The notes beneath the pieces are model-generated. The model was not told the DNA's origin. It searched no databases and was given only the letters and a program-made list of their open reading frames with translations. Shown here one piece after another: positions 1 to 9,669 of a stretch of DNA of 64,000 nucleotides. The translations under genes and the position numbers were made by a program. The stretch comes from an uncultured Chloroflexia bacterium (GTDB taxonomy: Bacteria > Chloroflexota > Limnocylindria > Limnocylindrales > CSP1-4): positions 731,843-795,842 of the forward strand of contig CAVRZZ010000003.1 in the NCBI GenBank assembly GCA_963725875.1, read 5' to 3'. The first letter of the stretch is position 1. Each line of letters starts with the position of its first letter.

Positions 1-1670
1 GCGACGAGACTGCGGCGCGCGCCGCCCTGGAACGGCTGGGGGAGGAGACCTGGCGGGCCGCCCTCGACTACCTCTACGAGCACGGCGTCCGGCGCAGCGT
101 CGCCCCGATCACGTACCCGGCACTTCGCGAGCAGCAGTTCGCCCCGAGCGGCGGCCGGCCTTCCCCCGCCCCCACCGACCCGACCCCCTCGACCGAGATC
201 CTCGCCGAGTTCCGCGATCGGCTGGCGCCCTACCTCCTCAACGCCTACCACCCGGGGACGCTGAGCTACTTCACGCCGGCGCCCCTGCCGATGTCGATCG
301 CCGGCGAGGTGCTCGCCCAGTGGGCCAACCAGGGGATCGACGTGTGGGCCTGTGGTCCGGCCGGCGCCTTCGTCGAGGAGGAGGTCATTCGCTGGCTGTG
401 CGACCTCGTGGGCTACGCCGACGAGCGTCCCGCGCGCGGGGAGGAGCCCGGCACGGACGTGGGCGCCGCGCACGGAGGCGAGGACGGCGCCGCACCGCCC
501 GAGAGCTTCGGCGTCCTCGCGTCCGGCGGGACCATGGCCAACATCATGGGCCTCCTCGTCGCCCGCGAGGTCCACCTCCCCCGGCGGCATGAGGTCGCCG
601 ATGCCGGCCTGTCACCGGCCGCGGCGCTCGACCCCGGCGCGATGGCCGCCGCCGGCCTGCGGGCATACCCGCCGCCGCCGCGCGGGGCCGCCCTCGAGGG
701 GTGGCGCGTCTACGCCTCCGACCAGGCCCACTTCTCGATCGCAAAGGCGCTCGACGTCCTCGGGTTCCCTGAGGAAACCCTCGTCGTCGTCCCGTCCGAC
801 GAGCACTTCAGGCTGCGCGGCGAGGCGGTGAGGATGCGCGTCGAGGCCGACCTCGCGGCCGGCCTGCGACCCCTGGCCATCTCCGCCGTCGCCGGCACGA
901 CGAACACCGGGAGCGTCGACGCCACCGGGGAGCTCGCCGACGTCGCCGCCCTCCACGGGCTCTGGCTGCACGTCGACGCGGCCTACGGCGGCGCCGCGCT
1001 CCTCTCGCGTCGCGACGCTCGCCGCGTCCCCGACCTCGCGCGTGCCGACTCCATCACGATCGACCCGCACAAGTGGTTCTTCCAGGCCTACGACATCGGC
1101 GGGCTCCTCGTCCGGCGGCGGACCGACCTCGAGCAGACGTTCCACCGCCGGCCGGAGTATTACCGCACGGCGCACCACGAGCAGGATCCCCTCAACTGGT
1201 ACGAGCTGTCCCTGGAGGGAACCCGCCGCTGGCGCGCCCTGAAGCTCTGGATGAGCTGGAAGCACCTCGGGACACCAGGCTTCGGGCGGCTCGTGGAGGC
1301 GAACGACGACCTCGCCGCCTACCTGGCCGAACGAATCGCGGCCGCCGACGACCTCGAGGCGATCCCCGACGGCCCGCCCGATCTCTCCGTGGTCTGCTTC
1401 CGGCACCTCCCGGGAGGCGCGTCGCGTGCCGCAGCGATCGACCGAGCCGCCCCGGGCGCCCTCGACCGCTACACCGACCGCCTCGCGTCGCTGCTCCAGC
1501 ACTCCGGCGACGGCTGGCTCTCCACGACGGTGCTCCGCGGACGGACCTACCTGCGGGCGGGGATTGTGAACATCCTCAGCTCGCCCGACGCGGTGGATGC
1601 CATCCTCGACCGGCTGCGCGCTCTCGCGCCGGACGCCGCCCGGGAGGCCCGGCTGCCGGACATCGACTGA
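1..1670 (+). CDS. PLP-dependent group II amino-acid decarboxylase (glutamate/tyrosine/diaminobutyrate decarboxylase family); 5' end lies outside the window
   Basis: Frame is open from nt 3 (…SYFTPAPLPMSIAGE…). Motifs GGTMANIMGLLVARE and the PLP-lysine motif SITIDPHKWFF are present. ORF 291..1670 is the in-window Met-initiated part. Confidence 0.85.
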   Translation, partial: DETAARAALERLGEETWRAALDYLYEHGVRRSVAPITYPALREQQFAPSGGRPSPAPTDPTPSTEILAEFRDRLAPYLLNAYHPGTLSYFTPAPLPMSIAGEVLAQWANQGIDVWACGPAGAFVEEEVIRWLCDLVGYADERPARGEEPGTDVGAAHGGEDGAAPPESFGVLASGGTMANIMGLLVAREVHLPRRHEVADAGLSPAAALDPGAMAAAGLRAYPPPPRGAALEGWRVYASDQAHFSIAKALDVLGFPEETLVVVPSDEHFRLRGEAVRMRVEADLAAGLRPLAISAVAGTTNTGSVDATGELADVAALHGLWLHVDAAYGGAALLSRRDARRVPDLARADSITIDPHKWFFQAYDIGGLLVRRRTDLEQTFHRRPEYYRTAHHEQDPLNWYELSLEGTRRWRALKLWMSWKHLGTPGFGRLVEANDDLAAYLAERIAAADDLEAIPDGPPDLSVVCFRHLPGGASRAAAIDRAAPGALDRYTDRLASLLQHSGDGWLSTTVLRGRTYLRAGIVNILSSPDAVDAILDRLRALAPDAAREARLPDID

Positions 1671-1872
1671 CCGGCTCGACCGGTCGACGCCGATCGGCAG
1701 CTCCGACCGGGCGCGCGGAGCGGGGCACGTCGGCGTCGCCCGTCTCGCGAGCTTCCGCCGTGGACTTGAGCCGACCGACAGGCCGGACGGCCCTCGACGC
1801 GGCGACGCAACCGGGGGATGCTTCGACGACCGGAAGGAGCGCCGGGAGGCTCGCGTCGTGGAGGGCGCGGCC

Positions 1873-2556
1873 ATGGGGGTCTCGATCGTCGCAAGCGCCC
1901 GCCGGGCGATGCCCGGTGGAGTTCGTGCGCGCTCCCTGGTGCGCTCCCTCGCTGTTGCCGCATTCTCGGCGGCGCTCGCGCTCGTCGCCCTCCCGACGGG
2001 GGCGTCCGCCGATCCACGCGTCCCGCCGCCGGCGTGCCCGCCCGACGTCTCCCTCCAGGGGGTCGAGCGGGCACCCGGCGGAGTGATCCTCCTCGGGGCG
2101 GTGACGTCGGTCACGCCCGAGGTCGGCCGCGTCCGGCTGGAGGTCTTGAGCTGGTACCACCGGGGCGTGATCCCGGGACTCGCAGCCGGCCAGCACCCTG
2201 CCGCGATCGACGTCATGCTCGGGCCGCGCCTCTCGGCGTCCGGCCGCGTGGCCGTCGCCCACCTGCCGCAGGTCGGGTCGCGGTTCCTGGTCGCGGGGAC
2301 GTGGCCCGTGCCGACCCGCGGCGTGAGCGTCGCCTGCGGGATCTTCGCCAACACCGCCATGCCGGTCGGGGAGGCCTGGCTGGAGCGCGCCGACGCGATC
2401 TACGCGGCCGTGGCACCGTCGACGAGCCGGGGCACGTCGGCCGTCCCCCTCGACGCGCCGTGGTTCCTCCTCGGGATGGCCGCCGCCGCCGCGTTCCTCG
2501 TGGCGATGGTCCTCGGCGCGATGGCTGAGGCGCGCGAGCCGGCGCCGGCCGTCTGA
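1873..2556 (+). CDS. hypothetical secreted or membrane-anchored protein
   Basis: Internal ATG of ORF 1597..2556. Signal-peptide-like N-terminus (…SLAVAAFSAALALVALPTGASA) and a C-terminal hydrophobic helix (WFLLGMAAAAAFLVAMVLGA). No recognisable domain. Confidence 0.45.
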   Translation: MGVSIVASARRAMPGGVRARSLVRSLAVAAFSAALALVALPTGASADPRVPPPACPPDVSLQGVERAPGGVILLGAVTSVTPEVGRVRLEVLSWYHRGVIPGLAAGQHPAAIDVMLGPRLSASGRVAVAHLPQVGSRFLVAGTWPVPTRGVSVACGIFANTAMPVGEAWLERADAIYAAVAPSTSRGTSAVPLDAPWFLLGMAAAAAFLVAMVLGAMAEAREPAPAV

Positions 2557-2573
2557 CCGAGGGGGACGCAGGC

Positions 2574-2596
2574 GCGCACCGCGGCTCCAGGTGCGC
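2574..2596. terminator. GC hairpin between convergent genes (GCGCACC-N9-GGTGCGC)
   Basis: Perfect 7-bp inverted repeat lying between the hypothetical gene's stop (2556) and the pyrC stop (2612). Confidence 0.3.
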
Positions 2597-2611
2597 CCCG
2601 GCGCGTCCTGC

Positions 2612-4078
2612 TCAGAACGCCGGGTCGCGGTAGGCCAGGCGCCCCTCGGCGACCGTCACGAGGACGCGGCCCGGGAGCGCGCGCCCGAGGAGCGGCGAGC
2701 TCTTGCCGCGCGACAGCAGGCTGTCGGCCGTAACCGTCCATGTGTCGCCGGCATCGAAGACGACGAGGTCCGCGGCGGCGCCCTCGACCAGCCCGCGGCC
2801 GCCTCCGCGCCGCCCGGCGCGTCCGCCGAGCACCCGCGCGGGGCCCGTCGTGAGCACCTCGATCGCGCGCCCCAGAGTAAGGCGTTGCGCACCGACCGCG
2901 GCGAGCAGGACGCCCAGCGCCGTCTCGACCCCGCTGATCCCGTTCGCCGCCAGGCCGAACTCGGCCTCCTTGTCCACCTGCGTGTGCGGGGCATGGTCCG
3001 TGGCAACCGCGTCGGCCGTGCCGCCGACGAGCGCCGCCAGCACCGCGGCCGCGTCCCCGGCCGAGCGCAGCGGCGGGTTGACCTTGCACGCGGTCGCGTA
3101 CGGGTGGGCCACCAGCGCGCCGTCGGCCCACGGGTCGCGCGCGGCGCCGTCCTCCCCGATCGCCTCCCAGGCCCAGCGACGCGCACCCGCCAGCCACTCG
3201 TCCGTGAAGCCCAGGTGGTGCGGGGTGACGTCGCAGGTCACGGGCAGACCGGCCACCCTGGCCCGGCGCACCGCGTCGAGCGCCCCGGCGGTGGAGAGGT
3301 GGGTGAGGTGGAGCCGCGCTTCCGGGGCGTCGGGCAGGACCGCACCGAGCACGGCGATGGCCCGCTCCGCCGCCACGACCTCGCCGGCGACCGGCCAGCC
3401 CTTGAGCCCGAGCACCGTTGCCACGTAGCCCTCGTTGGCCTCGGCACCGGCGGTGAGGACGCGGTCCTCGGGGTGCTCGAACAGCGGGACGCCGAGCATC
3501 CCCGCGTACAGGAGGGCGTTCCGCAGGATGAGCGGGCCCTGCACCGGCGAGCCGTCGTCGGAGAAGCCGACCGCGCCGGCATCCGCCAGCTCGCCGAGGG
3601 CCGCCAGCCGCTCCCCTCCCCGCCCGACGGTGACCGCCCCGTGGAGGAGCAGCTCCACGGGCGAGCCGGAGGCGGTCGCGGCACCTTGCACCCGGGCGAA
3701 GACCCCGGGCTCGTCGGCCGCGGGCGTCGTGTTGGGCATGGCGCAGACGGTCGTGAAGCCCCCGTGCGCGGCGGCGGCGAGGCCCGACGCCACCGTCTCC
3801 GCGTCCTCGTTGCCCGGCTCGCGGAGGTGGACGTGAAGGTCGAGGAGCCCGGGGGCGACCACGACGCCGTCCGGCCCGATCCCCTTCGCGTCGGCGCCCT
3901 CCAGCCAGGTGACGGCCTCCAGGATGCCGTCCCGGACGACGATCTCGCCCGGGCCCTCGCGCCCCGCGACCGGGTCGACCAGCCACGCCCGGCTGATCTC
4001 CAGCAGCTCCACCCGTTCGCCGACGCGCATCCCGACCGCCTCCGCGGCACCGTCGCCCGAACCCATCGCCTCAGCCAC
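2612..4078 (-). CDS. pyrC: dihydroorotase
   Basis: Amidohydrolase metal-binding motifs (LLDLHVHLREPG, …ATDHAPH…). Overlaps pyrB by 8 nt, in the canonical pyr operon order. Confidence 0.9.
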   Translation of the reverse strand: MAEAMGSGDGAAEAVGMRVGERVELLEISRAWLVDPVAGREGPGEIVVRDGILEAVTWLEGADAKGIGPDGVVVAPGLLDLHVHLREPGNEDAETVASGLAAAAHGGFTTVCAMPNTTPAADEPGVFARVQGAATASGSPVELLLHGAVTVGRGGERLAALGELADAGAVGFSDDGSPVQGPLILRNALLYAGMLGVPLFEHPEDRVLTAGAEANEGYVATVLGLKGWPVAGEVVAAERAIAVLGAVLPDAPEARLHLTHLSTAGALDAVRRARVAGLPVTCDVTPHHLGFTDEWLAGARRWAWEAIGEDGAARDPWADGALVAHPYATACKVNPPLRSAGDAAAVLAALVGGTADAVATDHAPHTQVDKEAEFGLAANGISGVETALGVLLAAVGAQRLTLGRAIEVLTTGPARVLGGRAGRRGGGRGLVEGAAADLVVFDAGDTWTVTADSLLSRGKSSPLLGRALPGRVLVTVAEGRLAYRDPAF

Positions 4079-5105
4079 CGATCGAGCCCTCCGGTGCCGC
4101 GCCGTGGACGCCCGCGAGGAGGTACAGCAGCGCCATGCGCACCGCGACCCCGTTGGTCACCTGCTCCGTGATCACGCTCCGGTCGAGGACCGCCACGTCG
4201 GGTGCGATCTCGACGCCCTCGTTCATCGGGCCCGGGTGCATCACCAGCGCGTCGGGCTGCGCCGCGGCCAGCCGCTCCCGCGTCAGCCCGAAGCGAGCGG
4301 CGTACTCCCGGAGCGACGGCAGCAGCCCGGCATCCATCCGCTCGCGCTGGAGCCGCAGCGCCATCACGACGTCGGCATCCGCCAGCGCGGCGTCGACGTC
4401 GGACGTGACCGTGAATCCGACGTGCCCGCCGGGTCCCCGCCCGTTGGCCCAGCACCCGGCCCAGGCATCGAAGCCGCGCAGGATCGGCGTGGGACCGCAG
4501 ATCCAGAGGTCGGCGCCCATCGCGGTGAGGGTCCACACGTTGCTCCGAGCCACCCGCGAGTGGAGCACGTCGCCGAGGATCACGACCTTCTTCCCGCGCA
4601 GGTCGCCGAGGTGGGCCCGCATGGTGTACAGGTCGAGGAGCGCCTGGGACGGGTGAGCGTGCCAGCCGTCGCCCCCGTTGAGGACGCTGCCCGAGAAGAC
4701 CTCGGCCGCGAGGTAGGGGGCGCCGGACGTGCCGTGGCGCATGACGATCATGTGGGCCCCCAGCGCCTCGATCGTGCGGATCGTGTCCACCAGGGACTCG
4801 CCCTTCGTCACCGATGAGGCGCTCGCCGCGATGTTCACGACGTCGGCCGAGAGGTTCTTGGCCGCCACCTCGAAGGAGACCCGGGTCCGGGTCGAGGCCT
4901 CGTAGAAGATGATCGTCACGTTGCGGCCGCGCAGGGCCGGCACCTTCGTGATGGGCCGGGCGAGGACCTCCTTCATGGCGTCGGTCGTCTTCATGACCAG
5001 GCCGATGTCGGCGGCCGAGAGCACGTCGACGTCGAGCAGATGCCGGTGGTGCCACGGGTGCTCCGTCGTCGGCTCGACGGGGACGGGCGTCGCGGGGGCG
5101 CTCAC
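4071..5105 (-). CDS. pyrB: aspartate carbamoyltransferase catalytic subunit
   Basis: Carbamoyl-phosphate-binding STRTR motif ([13 protein letters not shown]), HPSQALLD and HPGPMN motifs. There is a 4-nt overlap with the pyrR stop. Confidence 0.9.
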   Translation of the reverse strand: MSAPATPVPVEPTTEHPWHHRHLLDVDVLSAADIGLVMKTTDAMKEVLARPITKVPALRGRNVTIIFYEASTRTRVSFEVAAKNLSADVVNIAASASSVTKGESLVDTIRTIEALGAHMIVMRHGTSGAPYLAAEVFSGSVLNGGDGWHAHPSQALLDLYTMRAHLGDLRGKKVVILGDVLHSRVARSNVWTLTAMGADLWICGPTPILRGFDAWAGCWANGRGPGGHVGFTVTSDVDAALADADVVMALRLQRERMDAGLLPSLREYAARFGLTRERLAAAQPDALVMHPGPMNEGVEIAPDVAVLDRSVITEQVTNGVAVRMALLYLLAGVHGAAPEGSIGG

Positions 5106-5680
5106 GCCTGGCCCTCGCGGCGCTCGATGCGGACGGCGTCCTCGCCGTCGGTCTCGGCCAGGTGCACCTTGACCAGCTCGTCGCGGGCGGTCGGCACATT
5201 CTTGCCGACGTGGTCGGCGCGGATCGGCAGCTCGCGGTGGCCCCGGTCGACGAGGACGGCGAGGCGGATCGCCCGTGGCCGCCCGAAGTCGACGAGGGCG
5301 TCCATCGCGGCGCGGATCGTCCGGCCCGTGAACAGGACGTCGTCGACGAGGACGACCGTCTTCGCGTTGAGGTCGACGGGGATCGCCGTCCCCTTGACGA
5401 TCGGCTGCTGGGCGACGAGCGACAGGTCGTCGCGGTAGAACGTGATGTCGAGGGCGCCCACCGGGAGCGTCACGCCCTCGTGCTCGGCGATCGCGAGGCC
5501 GATCCGCTCGGCGAGGGGGACGCCCCGGCGCTGGATGCCGACGAGGACGAGACCCTCGGTCCCGGCCTGGCGCTCGACGATCTCGTGGGAGATGCGGACG
5601 ATCGCCCGGCGGATCTCGTCCGCCGTCATGATCTGGCGACCGTCCATCAGGCGACCGGCCCGGCCCAGGGCCCGGTGCAC
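5102..5680 (-). CDS. pyrR: bifunctional pyrimidine operon regulator / uracil phosphoribosyltransferase PyrR
   Basis: PRTase PRPP-binding loop ([18 protein letters not shown]). Sits first in a pyrR-pyrB-pyrC arrangement. Start is either the GTG at 5680 or the internal ATG (MDGRQIM). Confidence 0.9.
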   Translation of the reverse strand: MHRALGRAGRLMDGRQIMTADEIRRAIVRISHEIVERQAGTEGLVLVGIQRRGVPLAERIGLAIAEHEGVTLPVGALDITFYRDDLSLVAQQPIVKGTAIPVDLNAKTVVLVDDVLFTGRTIRAAMDALVDFGRPRAIRLAVLVDRGHRELPIRADHVGKNVPTARDELVKVHLAETDGEDAVRIERREGQA

Positions 5681-5694
5681 CCGCCGCGACGTGG

Positions 5695-5745
5695 CACGTG
5701 CGTCCTCCTTCCCGGCCTCGCTGGACCGGTCGTTAAAGGGTCGCG
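5695..5745 (-). promoter_or_regulatory. PyrR-box-like RNA element overlapping the pyrR ribosome-binding site
   Basis: The minus-strand leader reads …GGUCCAGCGAGGCCGGGAAGGAGG…, resembling the PyrR-binding loop consensus UCCAGAGAGGCU, followed by GGAGGA upstream of the GTG. Confidence 0.35.
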
Positions 5746-5838
5746 CGCAGTCTACCGCGTGTCACGGGCGCGGGGGGGTCGCGCCGGCGACCAGGGTCTC
5801 GCCGGCGACGACGGTCGCGCGGGCGGGCGCGCGCCGGG

Positions 5839-7809
5839 TCAGTTGGCGACGACGACGGGCTCGTCGCCGCCGTTGGGCAGGCTGCGCAGCTGGCCGGCGG
5901 CATCGCCCCGCCAGGCGTACACCGTGACGAGACTGCCCTCGCCGTTGCGGCCGGGCGGCGTCGACCAGGCCAGCCGGTCGGCATCGAGCGAGAACCCGGG
6001 CAGCGCGGCAGCATCGGCGAGGACGACCGCGCCGAGCTTCCCGTTGTCATCGACGTCGACCAGCGCCAGTCGCCCGGTTCCCGGTTCGGCGGAGTCGGCG
6101 ACCCAGACGCCGAGCCGGCGGCCGGCGGGATCGAACCGGACCTCCCAGTCGACGACCGACTCGCCGGCAGCCCGGCTCGGAAGCGGCCGGGACGCCGTGT
6201 CGCCGGCGCCGTCGAGAAGGGATCTCCAGCTGGCCGCCACGAGGCGACCCTGCGCCGGGATCCAGGCCTGCTGGGCGTCGCTCCAGGCCAGGGAGCCGGT
6301 CCAGTAGACGACCACCCGGTCCGTGGCGTCGATGACCGGCCGCCAGACGCCGTCTCGCGGGAGCTCCGTCGCGGTGCCAGCCGCGGGATCGAGGAGGTAG
6401 GAGCGGGCGACCACGGTGGACGGGTCGGCGCCGGCCGGTGGTGCGGCATTGGCGGTCCCGCCCTCCGCGGTCGCGACGACGCGGGCCGAGCTCGCGACGA
6501 CCCGGCCGTCCACCCAGCCGGAGAAGACCGAGTTGTGGTCGTCGGTGAGCGCGACCGCCCGCTTCTCGCCGACGCGCCAGGCGAAGATGTCGGGGCCGTG
6601 CGACCCGTCGACCGGACGGGCGGAGAAGGCCACCCACAGGCCGTCGGGGCTGTAGGCCGGCGACGCGCCGACCAGCACGACCTTCTCCGCGATCTTGACC
6701 GCCACGGCCGGGGTGGGCGCCGGGGTGGCCGGCGGCATCGTCGGGAGCGGCGTGGCCGGCACCGGCGTGGCCTCGGGAGACGGCTCGGGGGTCTCGGCGG
6801 TCGTGTCCCCCCCGGCGACTCCCGACGTGGGCACGGGCGTCGCAACGGGCTCGCTCGGCGCGGCCGTCGGCGTGGCCTCGGGCGTCGGCTCCGGGCTGCC
6901 GGCCGGCTCCGTGGGCGACGGCGTCGCGAGCTCCGTGGGGATCGGAGAGGCGGGAACGTCCGACGGCGCGGGAGAGTCGGCCGGAGGAGAAGCCGGCTCC
7001 CCCGACGCCGCGGGCGTTTGGACAGGCTGGCTGGTTGGACCGGAAGACGCGCCGGGCTCCGGCGATGTGACGGGCTGCGCGAGATCGACCGCCACGGCGT
7101 ACACGGAGTCCTGGCCGACGATCACAGCGGGGCTCCCGTCGCGGGAGAGGGTGATCGACGACGGCTTCATGTCGAGCGAGCCGACGGTCCGCGCGCTGCC
7201 GTCGAGCGTCCCGCAGCCCGTGGCATCGACCCCCGGGCAGACCTGGTCCACGTCCGCGCTCGAGATCACGTAGCTGCCATCCGCGGCCTTGGCCACCCAG
7301 GCCACGGTCTGGGCATCGACCGTGATGGGCGTGGCTGCCGGTGCCAGGCTCGCGAGGGCCGGGACCGCGGTGCCGGGCGGCGTTCCCGAAGGCGCTGCGA
7401 GCGGCCCGACGACGAGCGCCACGACGGCGACGGCGGCGAGGCCGGCGAAGGCAAGGCTGGGAGTGCGCGCGACGCGCGGTCGCCCCGTTGCGGAGCCGGG
7501 GGCAGCGCGGCCGGCACGGCGACGCGTGGCACGGCGGACCTCGTCGTCGAGGGCCAGCGAGACGCGAGCCCCCAGGTCTCGGGGCACCGACGGCGCGTCG
7601 GCCCGGAGGCCCTGCAGGAGCGTGGCGTCGGCCGCGAACGCGTCGGCGGTCGCAAGGCATGCGCCGCAGCCGGCGAGGTGCTCGTCGAGCCAGGCGGCGT
7701 CGGCCTCGTCGAGGGGGACCAGCAGCGACTCGGACACAAGCTCGCGCGCCCGCGCATGCGGGTCGTTGAGGCGATCCGGGTGACGGATGATGCGCTGCAG
7801 GCCGCTCAT
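5839..7809 (-). CDS. ECF anti-sigma factor: zinc-finger (ZAS) N-domain, one TM helix, Pro/Thr-rich linker and a C-terminal PD40/TolB-like beta-propeller
   Basis: ATG at 7809 overlaps the sigma stop (ATGA). HLAGCGAC fits the H-x3-C-x2-C anti-sigma signature. TM segment LAFAGLAAVAVVALVVGPL. The C-terminus is WD40-like repeat-rich. The listed ORF 5839..8586 reads through the sigma gene in another frame. Confidence 0.7.
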   Translation of the reverse strand: MSGLQRIIRHPDRLNDPHARARELVSESLLVPLDEADAAWLDEHLAGCGACLATADAFAADATLLQGLRADAPSVPRDLGARVSLALDDEVRRATRRRAGRAAPGSATGRPRVARTPSLAFAGLAAVAVVALVVGPLAAPSGTPPGTAVPALASLAPAATPITVDAQTVAWVAKAADGSYVISSADVDQVCPGVDATGCGTLDGSARTVGSLDMKPSSITLSRDGSPAVIVGQDSVYAVAVDLAQPVTSPEPGASSGPTSQPVQTPAASGEPASPPADSPAPSDVPASPIPTELATPSPTEPAGSPEPTPEATPTAAPSEPVATPVPTSGVAGGDTTAETPEPSPEATPVPATPLPTMPPATPAPTPAVAVKIAEKVVLVGASPAYSPDGLWVAFSARPVDGSHGPDIFAWRVGEKRAVALTDDHNSVFSGWVDGRVVASSARVVATAEGGTANAAPPAGADPSTVVARSYLLDPAAGTATELPRDGVWRPVIDATDRVVVYWTGSLAWSDAQQAWIPAQGRLVAASWRSLLDGAGDTASRPLPSRAAGESVVDWEVRFDPAGRRLGVWVADSAEPGTGRLALVDVDDNGKLGAVVLADAAALPGFSLDADRLAWSTPPGRNGEGSLVTVYAWRGDAAGQLRSLPNGGDEPVVVAN

Positions 7810-8480
7810 CGCCGGGTCCCGTGCGACGTGTCCGGCCGGCTTCCCCTCGCCGCCGCGGCCTCGCGCTCGGCGGTGGCGGCGACCTCGCGCTCGGCGCTTG
7901 CCGCATGCTCCTCGGCCAGGGCGCGCCGAAGGCTCTCGCGGGCGCGGGTGAGGAGCGCGCGCGCGGCCACGTGCGACGTGCCGAGCGCCGCCGCGAGCTC
8001 GAGCCCGGTCATCTCGTGGACCTCGGCCAGCAGAAGGGCGGAGCGCTGGCGCTCGGGGATCCGCTTGAGGGCGCGCTCCAGGTCGCCCGAGAGGCGCAGG
8101 TCCATCGCCGTGCGCTCCGCCGAGGGGACGGCACCGCGCGATTCGCCGGTCCACGGGACGAAGCGGATGATCTTCCGCCGCCGGATCTCGTCGAGGGCGA
8201 CGCGGTGGGCGATCTGGTAGAGCCACGCCCGTGCCTTCGATGCGTCCTCCAGGTCCGCGTGAGCCCGGTAGGCCCGGATGAAGGCGTCCTGGGTCAGGTC
8301 GGCGGCCAGCTCCGGGTCGCGCAGCATCCGCACGAGGTAGGAGTAGATCTCGCCCTGGTGGCGGGCAAAGAGCTCCTCGATGAAGCCGCGCGCGGCGATG
8401 GGGTCGGCCGGGTGGGTCACGGCGCGCGCCGGCGCTGCGGGGCTCGCCGGCGTCTCGTCCGGCTCCGCGGGCGGGACGTC
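7806..8480 (-). CDS. ECF (sigma-70 family) RNA polymerase sigma factor
   Basis: Region 2 (…EIYSYLVRMLRDPELAADLTQDAFIRAYRA…) and region 4 HTH (…RSALLLAEVHEMTGLELAAALGTSHVAARALLTRARESLRRAL). True start is downstream of the ORF's first Met at 8669, and its exact position is uncertain. Confidence 0.8.
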   Translation of the reverse strand, partial: DVPPAEPDETPASPAAPARAVTHPADPIAARGFIEELFARHQGEIYSYLVRMLRDPELAADLTQDAFIRAYRAHADLEDASKARAWLYQIAHRVALDEIRRRKIIRFVPWTGESRGAVPSAERTAMDLRLSGDLERALKRIPERQRSALLLAEVHEMTGLELAAALGTSHVAARALLTRARESLRRALAEEHAASAEREVAATAEREAAAARGSRPDTSHGTRR

Positions 8481-8640
8481 GCGACCCGGGATCACCGGGC
8501 GACCTCCCCAGCGGAGCGAGAGATCGGCGAGCACGAGTCCTCCGGGCTGGCGGCGCGGCGCGGGCAGATCCCACGCTCCGGCCCAAAGACGACGGGCGAG
8601 AGGGCCGTGTGACGCGTGCCGCCGAGGTTCGGGAAGCGTC

Positions 8641-9669
8641 TCACGGTCGCCCGCCCCGTCGTTCGGCACGTGGGTCCACCCGGTCCGCGTCCCCGTCCGG
8701 TCCCAGCCGGCGAACCAGCTGGTCTGCCGCCTCCTCGGGGCTCACCGAGTTCACCGGCAGCCCGGTCCCCAGCTCCAGCCCGGCGATCTCGCGGAGCCGC
8801 GGGTGGATCTCCCAGTGCCAGTGGTACGTGGTGTCGACCTGGGCCGCGACGGGCGCGGTGTGGAGGACCAGGTTGTACGGCGGCCCGCCCAGGTGGTCGA
8901 GGCGGCCGAGCACCTGCCGCAGCCCCTCGGCGGTCGACGCGATGTCGGCATCCGTCGCGCGCCCGAAGTCGGCCGCGTGCCGCCGCGGCACGATCCAGGC
9001 CTCGAACGGCGAGCGCGAGGCGAACGGCGCGAAGGCGATCGACGCGGCGTCCTCCCAGATGAAGCGGGTGCCGCGCTCCCGTTCGACGCGTACCGCCCGG
9101 CAGTAGGGGCACTCGCTCTCGCGGATGACGAACCGGGCCGCGCCGCCGATCTCCTCGGCGACCTCGTGGGGGATCTGGGGCAGGTCGTACAGGTCGAGAC
9201 AGAGGTGGTTCGTCCGCGCGCCCGCCTGGCGGCCCCAGTTCTGGAGGACCTGGAGGTAGGCCGTCTGGCCCGATCGCTCGGCCTCGCGGAGGGCGTCGCG
9301 CGCGGCGGCCAGGAGCTCCGAGATCAGCTCGGTGCCGACCGAGTGCAGCGCCCGGTGCTCGCCGGGTGGGGCGACGATGGTCCGCCAGCTCCCTGCCGCC
9401 CGGGCCTGGGAGAGGGCGATCTGCGCGACGCTCTTCTCCAGCGCGCGCGCCTCGGCCTCGGTGCCGACGGTGCGGAACGCGAAGTCCTTCAGGATCCGCG
9501 TGCGGACCCCGTCGCCGGGGGGGATCCGGCAGTTGAAGCAGTCGCCGTGGTCGTCGACGGGCTCGGCGTGGGTGACGAACCGCTCGCGCTCGAACTCGCG
9601 GTCCACGAGGGTCGCCACCCACCAGCCGGTGATCGCGTCGCGGCGCAGCTCGAAGAGCCCGGCGGCCAT
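8641..9669 (-). CDS. HIT-superfamily galactose-1-phosphate uridylyltransferase (GalT)-like nucleotidyltransferase
   Basis: GalT-type zinc/His motifs (CFNCRIP…, CPYC, HWHWEIHP). ATG at 9669 overlaps the lipB stop. Confidence 0.75.
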   Translation of the reverse strand: MAAGLFELRRDAITGWWVATLVDREFERERFVTHAEPVDDHGDCFNCRIPPGDGVRTRILKDFAFRTVGTEAEARALEKSVAQIALSQARAAGSWRTIVAPPGEHRALHSVGTELISELLAAARDALREAERSGQTAYLQVLQNWGRQAGARTNHLCLDLYDLPQIPHEVAEEIGGAARFVIRESECPYCRAVRVERERGTRFIWEDAASIAFAPFASRSPFEAWIVPRRHAADFGRATDADIASTAEGLRQVLGRLDHLGGPPYNLVLHTAPVAAQVDTTYHWHWEIHPRLREIAGLELGTGLPVNSVSPEEAADQLVRRLGPDGDADRVDPRAERRGGRP

